Counted from the first letter of the stretch, positions 1 to 9,944 are shown. The stretch is 64,000 nucleotides of DNA from an uncultured Spirochaetia bacterium (GCA_964565765.1 CAZMGF010000008.1:4910-68909), one strand, 5' to 3'. A program made the numbers and translations. Notes: a model not told the origin generated them from the letters alone.

Positions 1-1
1 C

Positions 2-619
2 ACCGTTACACCGTCATTTACACTTACTCCTTCCATAACGGGAACACTTACAGCAGCGCCATATTTTTCTTTTACATCAACACAGACAGCAGCGCCTTTA
101 TTTACAAATACGCCCTCTTTGACAGCGGGAGCCACAGGAACCGCCACGACAATTTCATCCTGCACAATTACACAGACGGAGACAATTACCGCCGTATTTA
201 CAGCCGCACAGAGCGAGACGCCTTCATTTACAATAACGCCGTCAGGTACTCCGGCACAAACTTTTACAGCAACTTTAACCCCTCAAACAACCATGACAGC
301 AACACCCGGGCCGGACTTGCTGGTTTATCCGGACCCGTATGATCCGGGGGATAATTTGCCGATGCATGTATTATTCAACTGCACTGCCGGAACCGTCTCA
401 ATAAAACTACAGTTCTGGTCAAGGGGATTCAGGCTGATAAGGCAGTATGAAGCGCCCGTATCAGCGCCGGATCAAACCCGGGGGAAAATAGACCTGAACA
501 GTTCCATTTTTGAAAATTTTTCCAACGGAATTTATTATCTTACGGCAGCTACAACGGACGGCGGGTCCTGGCACACGGCTTCAAAAATAAAAATGTTTGT
601 TGTTTTAAGGAAAAAATAG
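2..619 (+). CDS. C-terminal fragment (5' end lies outside window) of a secreted surface protein with a Thr/Pro-rich linker and a T9SS-type (FlgD-Ig-like) C-terminal sorting domain
   Basis: The reading frame is open from nt 2 (TVTPSFTLTPSITGT...), and the tracked M at 119 is a TTG. The C-terminus VYPDPYDPG...VSIKLQFWSRGFRLIRQ...NGIYYLTAATTDGG...KIKMFVVL fits the YPNPF...IYD..G.LV...GVYFY...K pattern of T9SS type-A CTDs. A TP-rich linker precedes it. Confidence 0.6.
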   Translation, partial: TVTPSFTLTPSITGTLTAAPYFSFTSTQTAAPLFTNTPSLTAGATGTATTISSCTITQTETITAVFTAAQSETPSFTITPSGTPAQTFTATLTPQTTMTATPGPDLLVYPDPYDPGDNLPMHVLFNCTAGTVSIKLQFWSRGFRLIRQYEAPVSAPDQTRGKIDLNSSIFENFSNGIYYLTAATTDGGSWHTASKIKMFVVLRKK

Positions 620-749
620 GGCGCAGGCCCGTGGATTTTTATTATTGTGTATTCTCTTTATTGGATGTAAACTATTTATATACAGGAAGCGTCAAAACAA
701 CGGAAGGTAAAAAATATTTTCGGCAGCTTAGCCGGAGGAGGCAGAGTTA

Positions 750-1400
750 ATGAAAAAGAATATCTTTGTTTTAACAGCGGTTCTATTCTTTGCGTCTTTC
801 TTTCAGGGTATTTTTGCGGAGATACAGGCGGGCTTTTCAATCGGAACTGAAGGGGTCCAGAATTTCTATCTGGGAGTAAGCGAATACAACAACATCCCGG
901 TCGCGCAGGTAGCGGCTTTAAGGGACAGGGGCATTCCGGACGAGGAAATGCCCGTGGTTTTCTTTATGGCAAAAAAAGCGGCCATCTCCCCGGAAAAGAT
1001 AATTATCTGGAGGACAAGAAAACATATGTCCTGGGCGGCTATAGCCGGACGGCTTGATCTTGGGCCGGAAGTATTCTATGTCCCTGTAGGCGGGCCGGTA
1101 ACAGGAGGGATTTACGGCACGACGTATGGATATTTCGATATCAGGCACAAGAACAGGTGGAACAGGATAAAACTGGCTGACACGGATATTATCAATTTTG
1201 TGAACCTCAGGTTCATGTCCGAGCATTACGGGTACAGGCCTGAAGAAATAATAAGGCTGCGCGAGACCGGAAAACCGTTTATCGCGATACATAACGATAT
1301 CAGGGTAGAAAGGGTAAAGACGTACGGCCAGGATTTCCATCACTGGCGCGACCACCAGAATGACCAGAACAACCACAGGGAAGACAAACACTGGAATTGA
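750..1400 (+). CDS. secreted hypothetical protein (N-terminal signal peptide)
   Basis: A strong SD (ggaggagg) lies 7 nt upstream of the ATG. The N-terminus MKKNIFVLTAVLFFASFFQGIFA is a signal peptide. The overlapping minus-strand ORF 918..1574 is judged spurious. Confidence 0.55.
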   Translation: MKKNIFVLTAVLFFASFFQGIFAEIQAGFSIGTEGVQNFYLGVSEYNNIPVAQVAALRDRGIPDEEMPVVFFMAKKAAISPEKIIIWRTRKHMSWAAIAGRLDLGPEVFYVPVGGPVTGGIYGTTYGYFDIRHKNRWNRIKLADTDIINFVNLRFMSEHYGYRPEEIIRLRETGKPFIAIHNDIRVERVKTYGQDFHHWRDHQNDQNNHREDKHWN

Positions 1401-1416
1401 AGGTAATATAAAAGCA

Positions 1417-1451
1417 AAAGGCCCCGGGCAACCGGGGCCTTTTGCTTTTTG
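1417..1451 (+). terminator. rho-independent terminator
   Basis: aggccccgg-gcaa-ccggggcct stem-loop followed by tttgctttttg, immediately after the stop at 1400. Confidence 0.7.
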
Positions 1452-1547
1452 CGCGGGCGAAAGGTTATAAATACCTTTTAATAATCCGGGTTTTTTGTTA
1501 AAATTGTTACCTGGCTCAAAACAAGCAATTCTCACAAGGGAGATGGC

Positions 1548-2330
1548 ATGACTGACACCGGTACGGATAAACACAGGGCCTGGGAAGAAACACAGCTTCA
1601 GTGGGACGATACCGATTTTCTGGCCAAAACGGCAAGCGCTCTCATGAAAAAGAAATGGCGGCGCCTGAACAGGAAAGTGCTGGAAATAATCAGCGCTGAG
1701 GTCGTTGGCAGCACTGAATATCCCGACCTGCTGGACATAGGCGCGGGCAGGGGGGATTTTTACGACATGGCCAGGGACATGGTAAGGGGTTATACCGGAA
1801 TTGAGCCGTCACATCAGATGTTAAAAGAAGATGTTAAATCGGATAATTATATTTTAAAAAGGGGGACGGGAGAGGACCTTGCCGATGAGAATATGTACGG
1901 AGTCTGCCTTATAAAAGAAGTACTGGATCATTCCTATGACCCTGAAAAAGTGATTATGAACTCTTACAGGGCCCTTAAAGAAGGCGGAATAATAATAGTC
2001 ACACTTACCAACAAGGATGCGTTTTATAAGCTGATTTTCAAAAATTACGCAAAAAAACTTGAAATAGAGCACAGGGACCATCTTTATAATTTTTGCCCTT
2101 CTGAAATAGAGGCTCTTTTTAAAAAAGCCGGTTTCAGCCGTGAAAAAACATATTCCTTCAATTATATTAAAATGCCGAAGCTCCTTGAGAATATTTTCGG
2201 AAGCCTGCCTGAAAAATTTGTATTCTGGTTCATGGATGTTTTTGATGCATTAATGTCCGTTATGCTTCCGGGAAAAGGCGGCGGATTTATTGCCGTGGCA
2301 AGGAAAGGCAAAAAGGCGGGCCAAATATAA
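1548..2330 (+). CDS. class I SAM-dependent methyltransferase
   Basis: Motif I LLDIGAGRGDF matches the (V/L)LD(I/V)GxGxG signature. The ATG is preceded by the SD aagggaga. The stop overlaps the next start (TAATG). Confidence 0.7.
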   Translation: MTDTGTDKHRAWEETQLQWDDTDFLAKTASALMKKKWRRLNRKVLEIISAEVVGSTEYPDLLDIGAGRGDFYDMARDMVRGYTGIEPSHQMLKEDVKSDNYILKRGTGEDLADENMYGVCLIKEVLDHSYDPEKVIMNSYRALKEGGIIIVTLTNKDAFYKLIFKNYAKKLEIEHRDHLYNFCPSEIEALFKKAGFSREKTYSFNYIKMPKLLENIFGSLPEKFVFWFMDVFDALMSVMLPGKGGGFIAVARKGKKAGQI

Positions 2331-3484
2331 TGAGAATTGGAATAGACGCGAGGATAATTTTTAAGCGCGGGGTCGGCCGTTATATAGAAAATCTTGTTAA
2401 AAATCTCCTGAGCCTGGACAAAAGCAACGAATATTTCATATATCTGGACAGGAGGTCCAGCCTGAATGAATATATTACCGCGAAAAACGCCAGGCTAATC
2501 AGGCTCAATACCGACAACGCCTATATATATGAGCAGTTCATGCTGCCGGCTCAGGCCGCGATAGACAGGATAGACGTGCTTCACGGAACGGACAACACGC
2601 TTCCGCTGGCGAATCCTTTTTATCACGGAAAAAAAATAGTGACGATCCATGACACTATGTATGTCAGGCCCATTAATAAAGCCATCGCGAAGCCGACCTT
2701 AAAGCAGCGGGCGATAGACATATACAACAAGACAGCGATTCCGCTCTCCGCCAGGACAGCCTCGGCCGTAATTACGGTATCTGAATATTCAAAGAGCGAT
2801 ATAATAAAGTATACGGGCGCCAGAGAAGATAAGGTATCGGTCATTTATGAGGCCGCCGACAAAAAATATACCATGATAAACGACGAAAAAGGCATCGCGG
2901 CTATAAAAACCAAATATTCAATAACAAAACCCTTCATACTTTTAAGCGCTGCCTCGGACACAAGAAAAAACACCATACGCGCGCTTGAGGCCTTCAATAT
3001 TTTTAACAATATGACGGAGTTTAAATACCAGCTTGTAATTACTTCCATAGGAAAAAAAGAAATGGAAACGACCAATATAGCCGAAAAAATAAAGGAACTA
3101 AACCTTGAAAAGTATATTATAATAACGGAATACGCGCCGGAAGAGGACATGATACTTTTGTATAATTCCGCTTTTATTTTTCTCTTCCCGTCAATATGGG
3201 AAGGGTTCGGCCTGCAGGTTCTGGAGGCTTTTTCATGCGGGCTGCCGGTCGTGACCTCCAATAACACATCGCTTTCCGAGGTGGCATCCGACGCGGCCAT
3301 GCTCATTGACCCTTTTTCGGTGGAGGATATTGTAAGGGGCCTGGATGAGGTTGAAAAAAGCGAGGCAAAAAGAAAGTCACTGATTGAAAAAGGAATGAAA
3401 AGGGCGGCTGAATTTTCATGGAAAACAACCGCGCAGGAGACACTGAAAATATATGAATCAACAGCAGCCAATAAAGGCAGGTAG
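2330..3484 (+). CDS. glycosyltransferase family 4 (GT-B, group 1)
   Basis: N-terminal MRIGIDARII...GVGRY, and the C-terminal EGFGLQVLEAFSCGLPVVTS, which is the E-x7-E/EGFG motif of retaining GT4 enzymes. Confidence 0.8.
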   Translation: MRIGIDARIIFKRGVGRYIENLVKNLLSLDKSNEYFIYLDRRSSLNEYITAKNARLIRLNTDNAYIYEQFMLPAQAAIDRIDVLHGTDNTLPLANPFYHGKKIVTIHDTMYVRPINKAIAKPTLKQRAIDIYNKTAIPLSARTASAVITVSEYSKSDIIKYTGAREDKVSVIYEAADKKYTMINDEKGIAAIKTKYSITKPFILLSAASDTRKNTIRALEAFNIFNNMTEFKYQLVITSIGKKEMETTNIAEKIKELNLEKYIIITEYAPEEDMILLYNSAFIFLFPSIWEGFGLQVLEAFSCGLPVVTSNNTSLSEVASDAAMLIDPFSVEDIVRGLDEVEKSEAKRKSLIEKGMKRAAEFSWKTTAQETLKIYESTAANKGR

Positions 3485-4982
3485 CACAGGAACGGCAATT
3501 ATGTACCTGGCGGTATTTGCGGGTATAGTTTTAAGGTTTGCCATGCCCGGGCTTAAACCGTTATCGCCGCAGGAGGCCTCTTTTGCGGGCTTATTCGCCG
3601 GCAAAGGCTTCCTTGAAGGGTTATTCACTTCGCTGGCCGTAAACCATCAGCCGCCGCTTTTTGATATTTTAACATGGATAATGACCTCGATTTTCGGGGT
3701 TTCCGAGTTTTCCCTGAGGTTTTTGCCGGCTCTCTTCGGGTCCGCGGCTATTTTTGTGGTGCAGAAAATGACGCGCAGCTTTTACTCGGAAAGGGTGTCA
3801 ATTCTCGCGGTCTCACTTTTTGCCCTGAACCCTTTCCTTATTTCAATATCCCGTTCCTGCAGTTTCGCGTCCCTTTTTCTTTTGACATCGCTGTTGATGG
3901 TTTATTATTTCATGCTTTCCGTAAAGTACAACAGCTTCGTAATGGGGCCGTTCATATTCTGGTCAATCGCGGGAATATACACGCACCATAACACTCTGCT
4001 TCTGCTCGCGGTTCTTAACGCGGTGCTTTTTTTAAGGTACAGGGAGGAAATAAGGATAAATTTATGGATAAGATCGCAGATATACATATTTTTGTCATGG
4101 CTGCCCCTTTGCGTTTATCTTTTTAAGGGAATTTCAGCCGGGGTTTATCCGTGGGAAAATCAGGCCATGCTGCCTTTATTGTTTTACAGGGAAATGCTTC
4201 TTGGGCCGGAGCTGGGATTTAACGCGGTAACAATCCTGTTCATGCTTGCCGCTTCATTTTTTTTGCTGGTTGGAACCGTTACATTAAGGAGCATTAAGGA
4301 AAAAAGGATGACCGACATCATGATAATTACCGCGGCCATACTTCCGGCCGTACCATGGATTGAGGAAATTATAAGAAAACAGCCATATGGCCCGCAGGCG
4401 ATGGCGCTCTCCGGCGCGCTTATGCTGATATTAATAGCCGTGGGCGCGTCACATTTGTCCCGTGATGGAACAGTCCTGTTTTCAGTGATTACGGTTGTTT
4501 TTTATGCCTGGGCCGCGTTTGTTTATTTTTACCAGCCGGCAGGCGCCGCTGATGTAAGGAAGGCTTACACAGAGATATCTTCGCAGTACAGGGCAGGGGA
4601 CATTATATTTAATACCGACCCGGAAAATTATATTACTTTTCAATTTTACAATTCGCATATGAACGGAAAAAACATGCCCGACAGGCTGCTCGCCCCTGTC
4701 CCCGAGTTCAAAGGCAGTAAAGCAGTAAGGGATATATGGAGGGGCATTAAAAATTTTCTCCTTGAAAAAACAGGAATTGCTGTGTACGCGGGTTACGACA
4801 GGAACATTATTCCGGAGGATATGATTGAAAATGAAATTGCGGGAACCTCAAGGGTATGGCTGCTTTGTCCAGGCGGCGGCGCCGAAACTGACAGGCCGTG
4901 GATAAAAAAACATTTCAGGGAAGCCTCAAGAAAGAACGCCGGTGGAGCGGACATTATTCTGCTGGAAAAGATATATAAGTAA
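3453..4982 (+). CDS. polytopic membrane glycosyltransferase, ArnT/PMT-like (GT83/GT39 fold)
   Basis: More than 10 predicted TM helices. KPPLFDILTWIMTSIFGVSEFSLRFLPALFGSAAIFVV resembles the KPPL...FG.SEFA.RLPSAL.G loop-1 signature of ArnT/PMT_2 enzymes. The start overlaps the GT4 gene by 32 nt. Confidence 0.65.
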   Translation: MNQQQPIKAGSTGTAIMYLAVFAGIVLRFAMPGLKPLSPQEASFAGLFAGKGFLEGLFTSLAVNHQPPLFDILTWIMTSIFGVSEFSLRFLPALFGSAAIFVVQKMTRSFYSERVSILAVSLFALNPFLISISRSCSFASLFLLTSLLMVYYFMLSVKYNSFVMGPFIFWSIAGIYTHHNTLLLLAVLNAVLFLRYREEIRINLWIRSQIYIFLSWLPLCVYLFKGISAGVYPWENQAMLPLLFYREMLLGPELGFNAVTILFMLAASFFLLVGTVTLRSIKEKRMTDIMIITAAILPAVPWIEEIIRKQPYGPQAMALSGALMLILIAVGASHLSRDGTVLFSVITVVFYAWAAFVYFYQPAGAADVRKAYTEISSQYRAGDIIFNTDPENYITFQFYNSHMNGKNMPDRLLAPVPEFKGSKAVRDIWRGIKNFLLEKTGIAVYAGYDRNIIPEDMIENEIAGTSRVWLLCPGGGAETDRPWIKKHFREASRKNAGGADIILLEKIYK

Positions 4983-5117
4983 TCCTCCGACACGCCCGTC
5001 CTTCGGCAAGCTCAGGATGGCCGGCGGTACTTAAAAAAAAATAATCTCCTGACAAAAAAATATCCCGGAAAAGTCAAGAAAAAAAATATTAATTTTATTT
5101 ATCAGAATTTATTCCTG

Positions 5118-5145
5118 TTGACAAAAAGCCTTTAAGTATTAAAAT
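5118..5145 (+). promoter_or_regulatory. sigma-70-type promoter (TTGACA-N16-TAAAAT)
   Basis: ttgaca at 5118-5123 and taaaat at 5140-5145. The tracked ATG at 5151 is too close to this -10 element. Confidence 0.45.
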
Positions 5146-5150
5146 TAATA

Positions 5151-5606
5151 ATGTTAGATTTGTGTAACATAAAAGGGTGGTGCCTCGTGGAAGAAAAAAA
5201 TCTTTCAGCCGCAATGGAAGATTATATAAAAACAATATATTCGCTGGAAAAGCGCAACAAGGTGGCCAGGGTCTCGGAGATAGGAAGGATGTTAAGCGTA
5301 AAAAAAGCGAGTGTTGTAGCCGCGGTTTCCCTTCTCCAGAAAAATGAATTCATAAAACACGAACGTTATGGTTTTATAACCCTGACCGAGCGGGGGATGT
5401 CAACCGCGGAAAAAATAGCGCATAAGGGCAGGGCCCTTTTTGAGTTTCTCACCATTGCCCTTAAAATAGACGATGAAAAAGCCAGAACTGAGAGCTGCGG
5501 AATGGAGCATTTTATAAGCCCTGAAACAGCGGAAAAAATGATTCAGCTTACAAGGCAGCTGGCTCCGAAACCGGTTAAAAAAGTTATGGCAAAGGCAAAA
5601 AAATAA
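5151..5606 (+). CDS. DtxR/MntR-family metal-dependent transcriptional repressor
   Basis: MEDYIKTIYSLEKRNKVARVSEIGRMLSVKKASV... matches the DtxR N-terminal HTH, followed by the ...EHFISPETAEKMIQL dimerisation region. The true start is probably GTG 5187 (SD aagggtgg) or ATG 5211, because the 5151 ATG abuts the promoter -10. Confidence 0.8.
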   Translation: MLDLCNIKGWCLVEEKNLSAAMEDYIKTIYSLEKRNKVARVSEIGRMLSVKKASVVAAVSLLQKNEFIKHERYGFITLTERGMSTAEKIAHKGRALFEFLTIALKIDDEKARTESCGMEHFISPETAEKMIQLTRQLAPKPVKKVMAKAKK

Positions 5607-5737
5607 TAAAGCGCGTTAAGCGCGCCGCAACAAACACGTCTGATCCAAATAAAATGTAAATACCAGCGCGCGCCGGGCAGCCTGTAAAAATATTTATAGC
5701 GCGTCTGCCGGATAAAAATTTCAGTGGGGGGGGGTTG

Positions 5738-7153
5738 ATGAAAAAAATTATATCAGCGATTGTCCTGTTTTTATATTCGGGATGCTCAATATGCTGTGGA
5801 GTTACATTTGACGAAGCGGCGGCTAATATGCTCAGCAGCAGCCCTTCGATAAAAAGCAGCCTGATGGAATTTTACGGGTCAAAAGCGGCCCTTTCAAGGG
5901 AAACGGGCAACAGATACGACCTGCGGTTCAACGCGGCATACAGCTATGGCGCCGGGTACACCGGAAGTACAATAACCGGTGACAACGGGAATCTGAATTC
6001 TGGCATAACGGAAAATCTGCCAACCGGAGGAAACATATCCGCGAATATTTACGGCTTTAATAATACCCCGCAGACGGGCTCCAGCCTGAATGATAACGCG
6101 TCTATCAGCATATATCAGCCCCTTTTGCGGGGGTTGATCGGGCTTACGGCCGACAACAACATAAAAAATGACGAGTTCGCCCTGGAGATGTCAAAAGAAA
6201 GCCTCAGGGATATTGTGACAGCATCGGTTGGAAATTTGAAAAAATATTTTGTCCTGATATACAGGCAAAGGCAGTATCTGGCCCAGAATACGCTGGCTAT
6301 AGAATACGCCAAAAATACCCAGGAAAAAGCAAAGGGGATTTTAAGCGCAGGAGAACAGCTTGAGGCTAAGGCTTTTTTACTTTCCAGGCAGGCACAGCAG
6401 GCGGGCTATGAAAATAATGTCAAAAGCGCGTGCGAAGATTTTTTGAATTACGCCGGATATGACGCCGGCGACTGGGATTCATTGACAATAGATTCTTCGG
6501 CAATGACAGAGGATGCTTATGTGCCGGCGACGCTTACCGCCGAGCTTGAAACAGCGCTTGTGGAGGCGCAGCCGCAGGTGGCGCGGGCCAGGATTCAGTA
6601 TGAAAACACAAAACTCTGGATGGACCAGGCGGGATTTTCCGAGCTTCCGCAGCTGGACCTTAACGCGTCAATGCAGCTTGGCGGATACGGCAGCACATTT
6701 CAGGATTCAATGAAAATAATGACGCAGGGCGGTGAAAAATATTATTCAGCAGGGTTGAATTTTTCTTTTGACATACCAAACAGCGGCCAGGTTTTTGACG
6801 AAAAGTACTGGGAAGCAGGGTATGAAAGGGATCAGATGAACTATAAGAACATTAAAAACAGCTTCAGGCGACTTGTAAGGGACGCGTGGAGAAACGTGCA
6901 GCAGGCTTTTGAAGCGTATGAAATGAGAAAAGAAGCCGCGGAAACATATTTGAAAAGGCTGGATATGGTAAAGGATGGATTTAACGCGGGAGCCATAAAA
7001 GTAAGGGAAATGGACCTTTCCATCAACGATGCCGCCGGGGCGCTGGCAAATGAGGCGGATGCGTATTATAATTACATAGCCGCTTTAAGCGACTGGAACC
7101 GCCTGAGCGGGAAATATGAGGGGGTTTTTAATCAATATATGAAAGACAAGTAA
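5738..7153 (+). CDS. TolC-like outer-membrane efflux protein (OMF family)
   Basis: Signal peptide, then VTFDEAAANMLSSSPSIKSS...YDLRFNAAYSY (the OMF N-terminal signature), and two alpha/beta repeats. The track start 5735 is TTG; the ATG is at 5738. Confidence 0.7.
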   Translation: MKKIISAIVLFLYSGCSICCGVTFDEAAANMLSSSPSIKSSLMEFYGSKAALSRETGNRYDLRFNAAYSYGAGYTGSTITGDNGNLNSGITENLPTGGNISANIYGFNNTPQTGSSLNDNASISIYQPLLRGLIGLTADNNIKNDEFALEMSKESLRDIVTASVGNLKKYFVLIYRQRQYLAQNTLAIEYAKNTQEKAKGILSAGEQLEAKAFLLSRQAQQAGYENNVKSACEDFLNYAGYDAGDWDSLTIDSSAMTEDAYVPATLTAELETALVEAQPQVARARIQYENTKLWMDQAGFSELPQLDLNASMQLGGYGSTFQDSMKIMTQGGEKYYSAGLNFSFDIPNSGQVFDEKYWEAGYERDQMNYKNIKNSFRRLVRDAWRNVQQAFEAYEMRKEAAETYLKRLDMVKDGFNAGAIKVREMDLSINDAAGALANEADAYYNYIAALSDWNRLSGKYEGVFNQYMKDK

Positions 7154-7290
7154 AAATTTAAAATTCAAAACCAAAAAGTACAGCTTAAAACCGGATAATT
7201 GACAACAAACCATTGCTGTATAATTTGTAACTTTAAAAATTTGCAATTGTAATTTTTGGTTTTGACTTTTAACTTTTTAATTTAAAAGTC

Positions 7291-9255
7291 CTATTTATAT
7301 ATCGTCGATTTTATCGTAAGCTCCACCCTGCGGTTTTTTTGACGGCCTTCTTCCGTTGCGTTATCCGCTATCGGAGAGAGTTCGCCGTAGCCCTCGGTGC
7401 GTATCCTGTTCTCGTCGTAGCCCAGAAGATTTACCATGAAAAACTTCACGGCATCGGCGCGCGCTTTTGATAATTCCTTATTGTCCTTATAGCGTATCCC
7501 ATGGGGCTGTATATTATCGGTATATCCGGCGACCAGTATGTCTGATTCGGGGTTTTTGTCTATTACGTCCTTCATTGTTTTTAAAACCGAATAAGCGGAT
7601 ATCTTGACGTTCGCCCGGCCGAGGTCAAAAAGCGCGTCGGATGAAAAGGTGAGTTTTATTTCCCTTAAAAGTATGACTATCGCCTGGGGCTTTGTCATGG
7701 CCTTATTGCCGACAGAATCGACAGTCATCAGGCTGTAATAATATAAATCGCCTGTCTGTACATATTTGTTGTTTATTCCCTTGCCGTCCCATATATATGA
7801 AATAGGCGGGTCGTTTTTTCCGGAGGCCGTAAAGAATAATTTTTTATTGTAATCCCATATTATGAACTGCCAGGAGGCGACTTTATTCCTGTCCTGCGCG
7901 TAAAATGAGAAAGTGGCGGGTATTATCAGGGAATCTTTTTCACCGGGCTTTAAAAGCTTCGGATCCGCGTCGATTGTCATTGTGGGCGGGGTGTTGTCTA
8001 TTTCCACGTTGACCCTGTTGGATTCAGAAGTCCCGTTGTCATATTCACATGTTATTGCGGCCTGGTATACACCGTCGGGCTGGACCTTACCGTTAATTTT
8101 TCCGTCCCAGACAATGGATTTTGAAAGTTTGTCAGCCACGGGAAGCGAGGCCAGGAGTTTTCCCGACGGGTCGAAAATATTAAGCTTAATGGACCGCAAC
8201 TGTTCGGGTGACTTTACCACGGGTATGAAATAAGCGTAATCAAGTATTTTGTCGTTGTTCGGCGAGAAGACAGGCGGCGTTACCTTAAGTTTTGCCGGAG
8301 GCGTGCCCCAGCCGTAAACAAGCGAGAGCCTGTTTGTAGGGCCCAGGTCCTCATAATTTACAAAAGCGTAATCAACCTCAAACCCTGACTTGCGGAAGCC
8401 GAGCCCGAAGGTGGGCTGGTCGAAGGCTCCGGTCATATAACCGAAGCGCAGGGCGAACATATCATAAAACCAGTATTCAAATCCTATTGAATAAAGAGGG
8501 TCATAATCAGGATTAATTTCAGCCTGCGCCGATATCAGAAGCGATCCGGACCACATTTTCATTTCGTCTGAAAGGCCGAAGTTTATAATACGCGGCGGGT
8601 CAAAGGCAATGTCCTGCATTTTAAGATCGGAACCCAGGTTTGTCATATCGGCGCCCAGGCGCAGGTAGTTCCCGTTTGATATTGTCTTGTAAAGGAGCCC
8701 CATATCAGTTGTGATGTTTGAGCCGCTGAACGTGTCAATATTTTGTGAAGTGTACTTGATTGTCGCGCCCGCAGAAAAATTTTCCTTGAAATCCAGCGCG
8801 TAGCCGGCTGTCACTTCATAATCGAAAGGTGCGAATTTCTGGTTGAACTGGGAAAAATCCACAGTTTCAAGAAAGGAGGGATCATAGGACTGAAGCGAAC
8901 CGGTTCTTGTCAGCTGATCTATCTGGAACCAGGCAAGGGCGACCCCGAACTTTCCTGTATCAGACCCCGGAACCGGCATGACCATGTCCAGATGCTCGTA
9001 GTTAATATTCTGGAACCAGTCAATATGCGTAAACTGGACCTCATAACCGGTTATTGAGGACATTCCAGCGGGATTATAGTAAAGGCCGTATGTGCCGTCT
9101 GATACGGCGGTAAAAGCCTCGCCCATCCCGACTGCGCGCGCGAACGGGGGAATTTTTGTAAAATTTTCGCTGGTTGTGCCGACAAGTTCAGCGCCGGCGC
9201 GGATAAACACAGCTGCAAAAACTGTTAAAAACAGAATGATCAGAATTCTTTTCAA
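7291..9255 (-). CDS. OmpA-family outer-membrane protein: N-terminal FadL/PorV-like beta-barrel, internal FlgD-Ig-like domain, C-terminal OmpA peptidoglycan-binding domain
   Basis: Signal peptide; AVGMGEAFTAVSD...YYNPAGM barrel motif; FSPNNDKILDYAYF...IFDPSGKLL...WDGK (FlgD-Ig); C-terminal ...ILVAGYTDNIQ...LSKARADAVKFFMV...NRRVEL (OmpA_C). The start codon is TTG. Confidence 0.7.
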   Translation of the reverse strand: MKRILIILFLTVFAAVFIRAGAELVGTTSENFTKIPPFARAVGMGEAFTAVSDGTYGLYYNPAGMSSITGYEVQFTHIDWFQNINYEHLDMVMPVPGSDTGKFGVALAWFQIDQLTRTGSLQSYDPSFLETVDFSQFNQKFAPFDYEVTAGYALDFKENFSAGATIKYTSQNIDTFSGSNITTDMGLLYKTISNGNYLRLGADMTNLGSDLKMQDIAFDPPRIINFGLSDEMKMWSGSLLISAQAEINPDYDPLYSIGFEYWFYDMFALRFGYMTGAFDQPTFGLGFRKSGFEVDYAFVNYEDLGPTNRLSLVYGWGTPPAKLKVTPPVFSPNNDKILDYAYFIPVVKSPEQLRSIKLNIFDPSGKLLASLPVADKLSKSIVWDGKINGKVQPDGVYQAAITCEYDNGTSESNRVNVEIDNTPPTMTIDADPKLLKPGEKDSLIIPATFSFYAQDRNKVASWQFIIWDYNKKLFFTASGKNDPPISYIWDGKGINNKYVQTGDLYYYSLMTVDSVGNKAMTKPQAIVILLREIKLTFSSDALFDLGRANVKISAYSVLKTMKDVIDKNPESDILVAGYTDNIQPHGIRYKDNKELSKARADAVKFFMVNLLGYDENRIRTEGYGELSPIADNATEEGRQKNRRVELTIKSTIYK

Positions 9256-9371
9256 ACTTCACCCCGGATCAGATTCTTTGTAATATTTTATGCTATTAAT
9301 AATGAAATATCAACTATTAACAGGATGGTCCGGGAGCCATACAGAGAGCCGGAGGAAGGCGGTTTTATATA

Positions 9372-9400
9372 TTGACAAAGCGTTTCAGCGGGGTTAAAAT
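9372..9400 (+). promoter_or_regulatory. sigma-70-type promoter (TTGACA-N17-TAAAAT)
   Basis: ttgaca at 9372-9377 and taaaat at 9395-9400, 43 nt upstream of the cNMP-binding gene. Confidence 0.5.
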
Positions 9401-9442
9401 ATTGTTATTACGGGTAATTAATGGCAAAAAAGGCGGTGGATA

Positions 9443-9850
9443 ATGGCTGATGATTTTTCAATGTTAAGAAGCGCCCTTCAGAAAGTTGATTTCTTTTACT
9501 CATTGAATATTATGGACCTGGATGCCCTCATAAAGGCCCTCAAGAAAAGAAAAGCAAGGGCTGGAGAGGTCATTATAAAGCAGGGAGAAATAGGGGATAA
9601 ATTTTATCTGATAGGCTCCGGCGCTGTCAGCGTATCAATAAACAACAAAAAAGTAACGGAACTAGGCGACGGCGACTTTTTCGGGGAAATGGCGCTGGTG
9701 ACGGACCTGCCAAGGACCGCGACCATTACCGTGCTTGAGCCGACGGACCTTTTCCTGCTGTATAAAAAGGATTTTAAAAAAATATTATTGTCAAAACCAA
9801 AAATAGCCCACATTATCAATGAAGTTTTAGAGCAGAGAAGAAAAAAATAA
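9443..9850 (+). CDS. stand-alone cyclic-nucleotide-binding (cNMP) domain protein
   Basis: GEVIIKQGEIGDKFYLIGSGAVSV...GDGDFFGEMALVTDLPRTATITV matches the CAP-family cNMP-binding beta-roll with its phosphate-binding cassette. There is no HTH or other effector domain. Confidence 0.8.
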   Translation: MADDFSMLRSALQKVDFFYSLNIMDLDALIKALKKRKARAGEVIIKQGEIGDKFYLIGSGAVSVSINNKKVTELGDGDFFGEMALVTDLPRTATITVLEPTDLFLLYKKDFKKILLSKPKIAHIINEVLEQRRKK

Positions 9851-9944
9851 AGCAGATTTTCCGGCAAATCCATAAAAATAACCGATAGATATAAACCGTT
9901 TAACATGTTTTTTAATATTTGTCAAAAAACGGGAAGGAGAAAAG

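Noticed and set aside
918-1574. 218-aa minus-strand ORF overlapping the secreted-protein gene 750..1400
   Set aside because: No SD or signal features. The plus-strand ORF has a strong SD and signal peptide. The minus ORF is Pro/Gly-rich, typical of antisense translation.
5611-5625. gcgcg-ttaag-cgcgc hairpin after the DtxR-family gene
   Set aside because: Only a 5-bp stem and no downstream U-run. Not a convincing intrinsic terminator.
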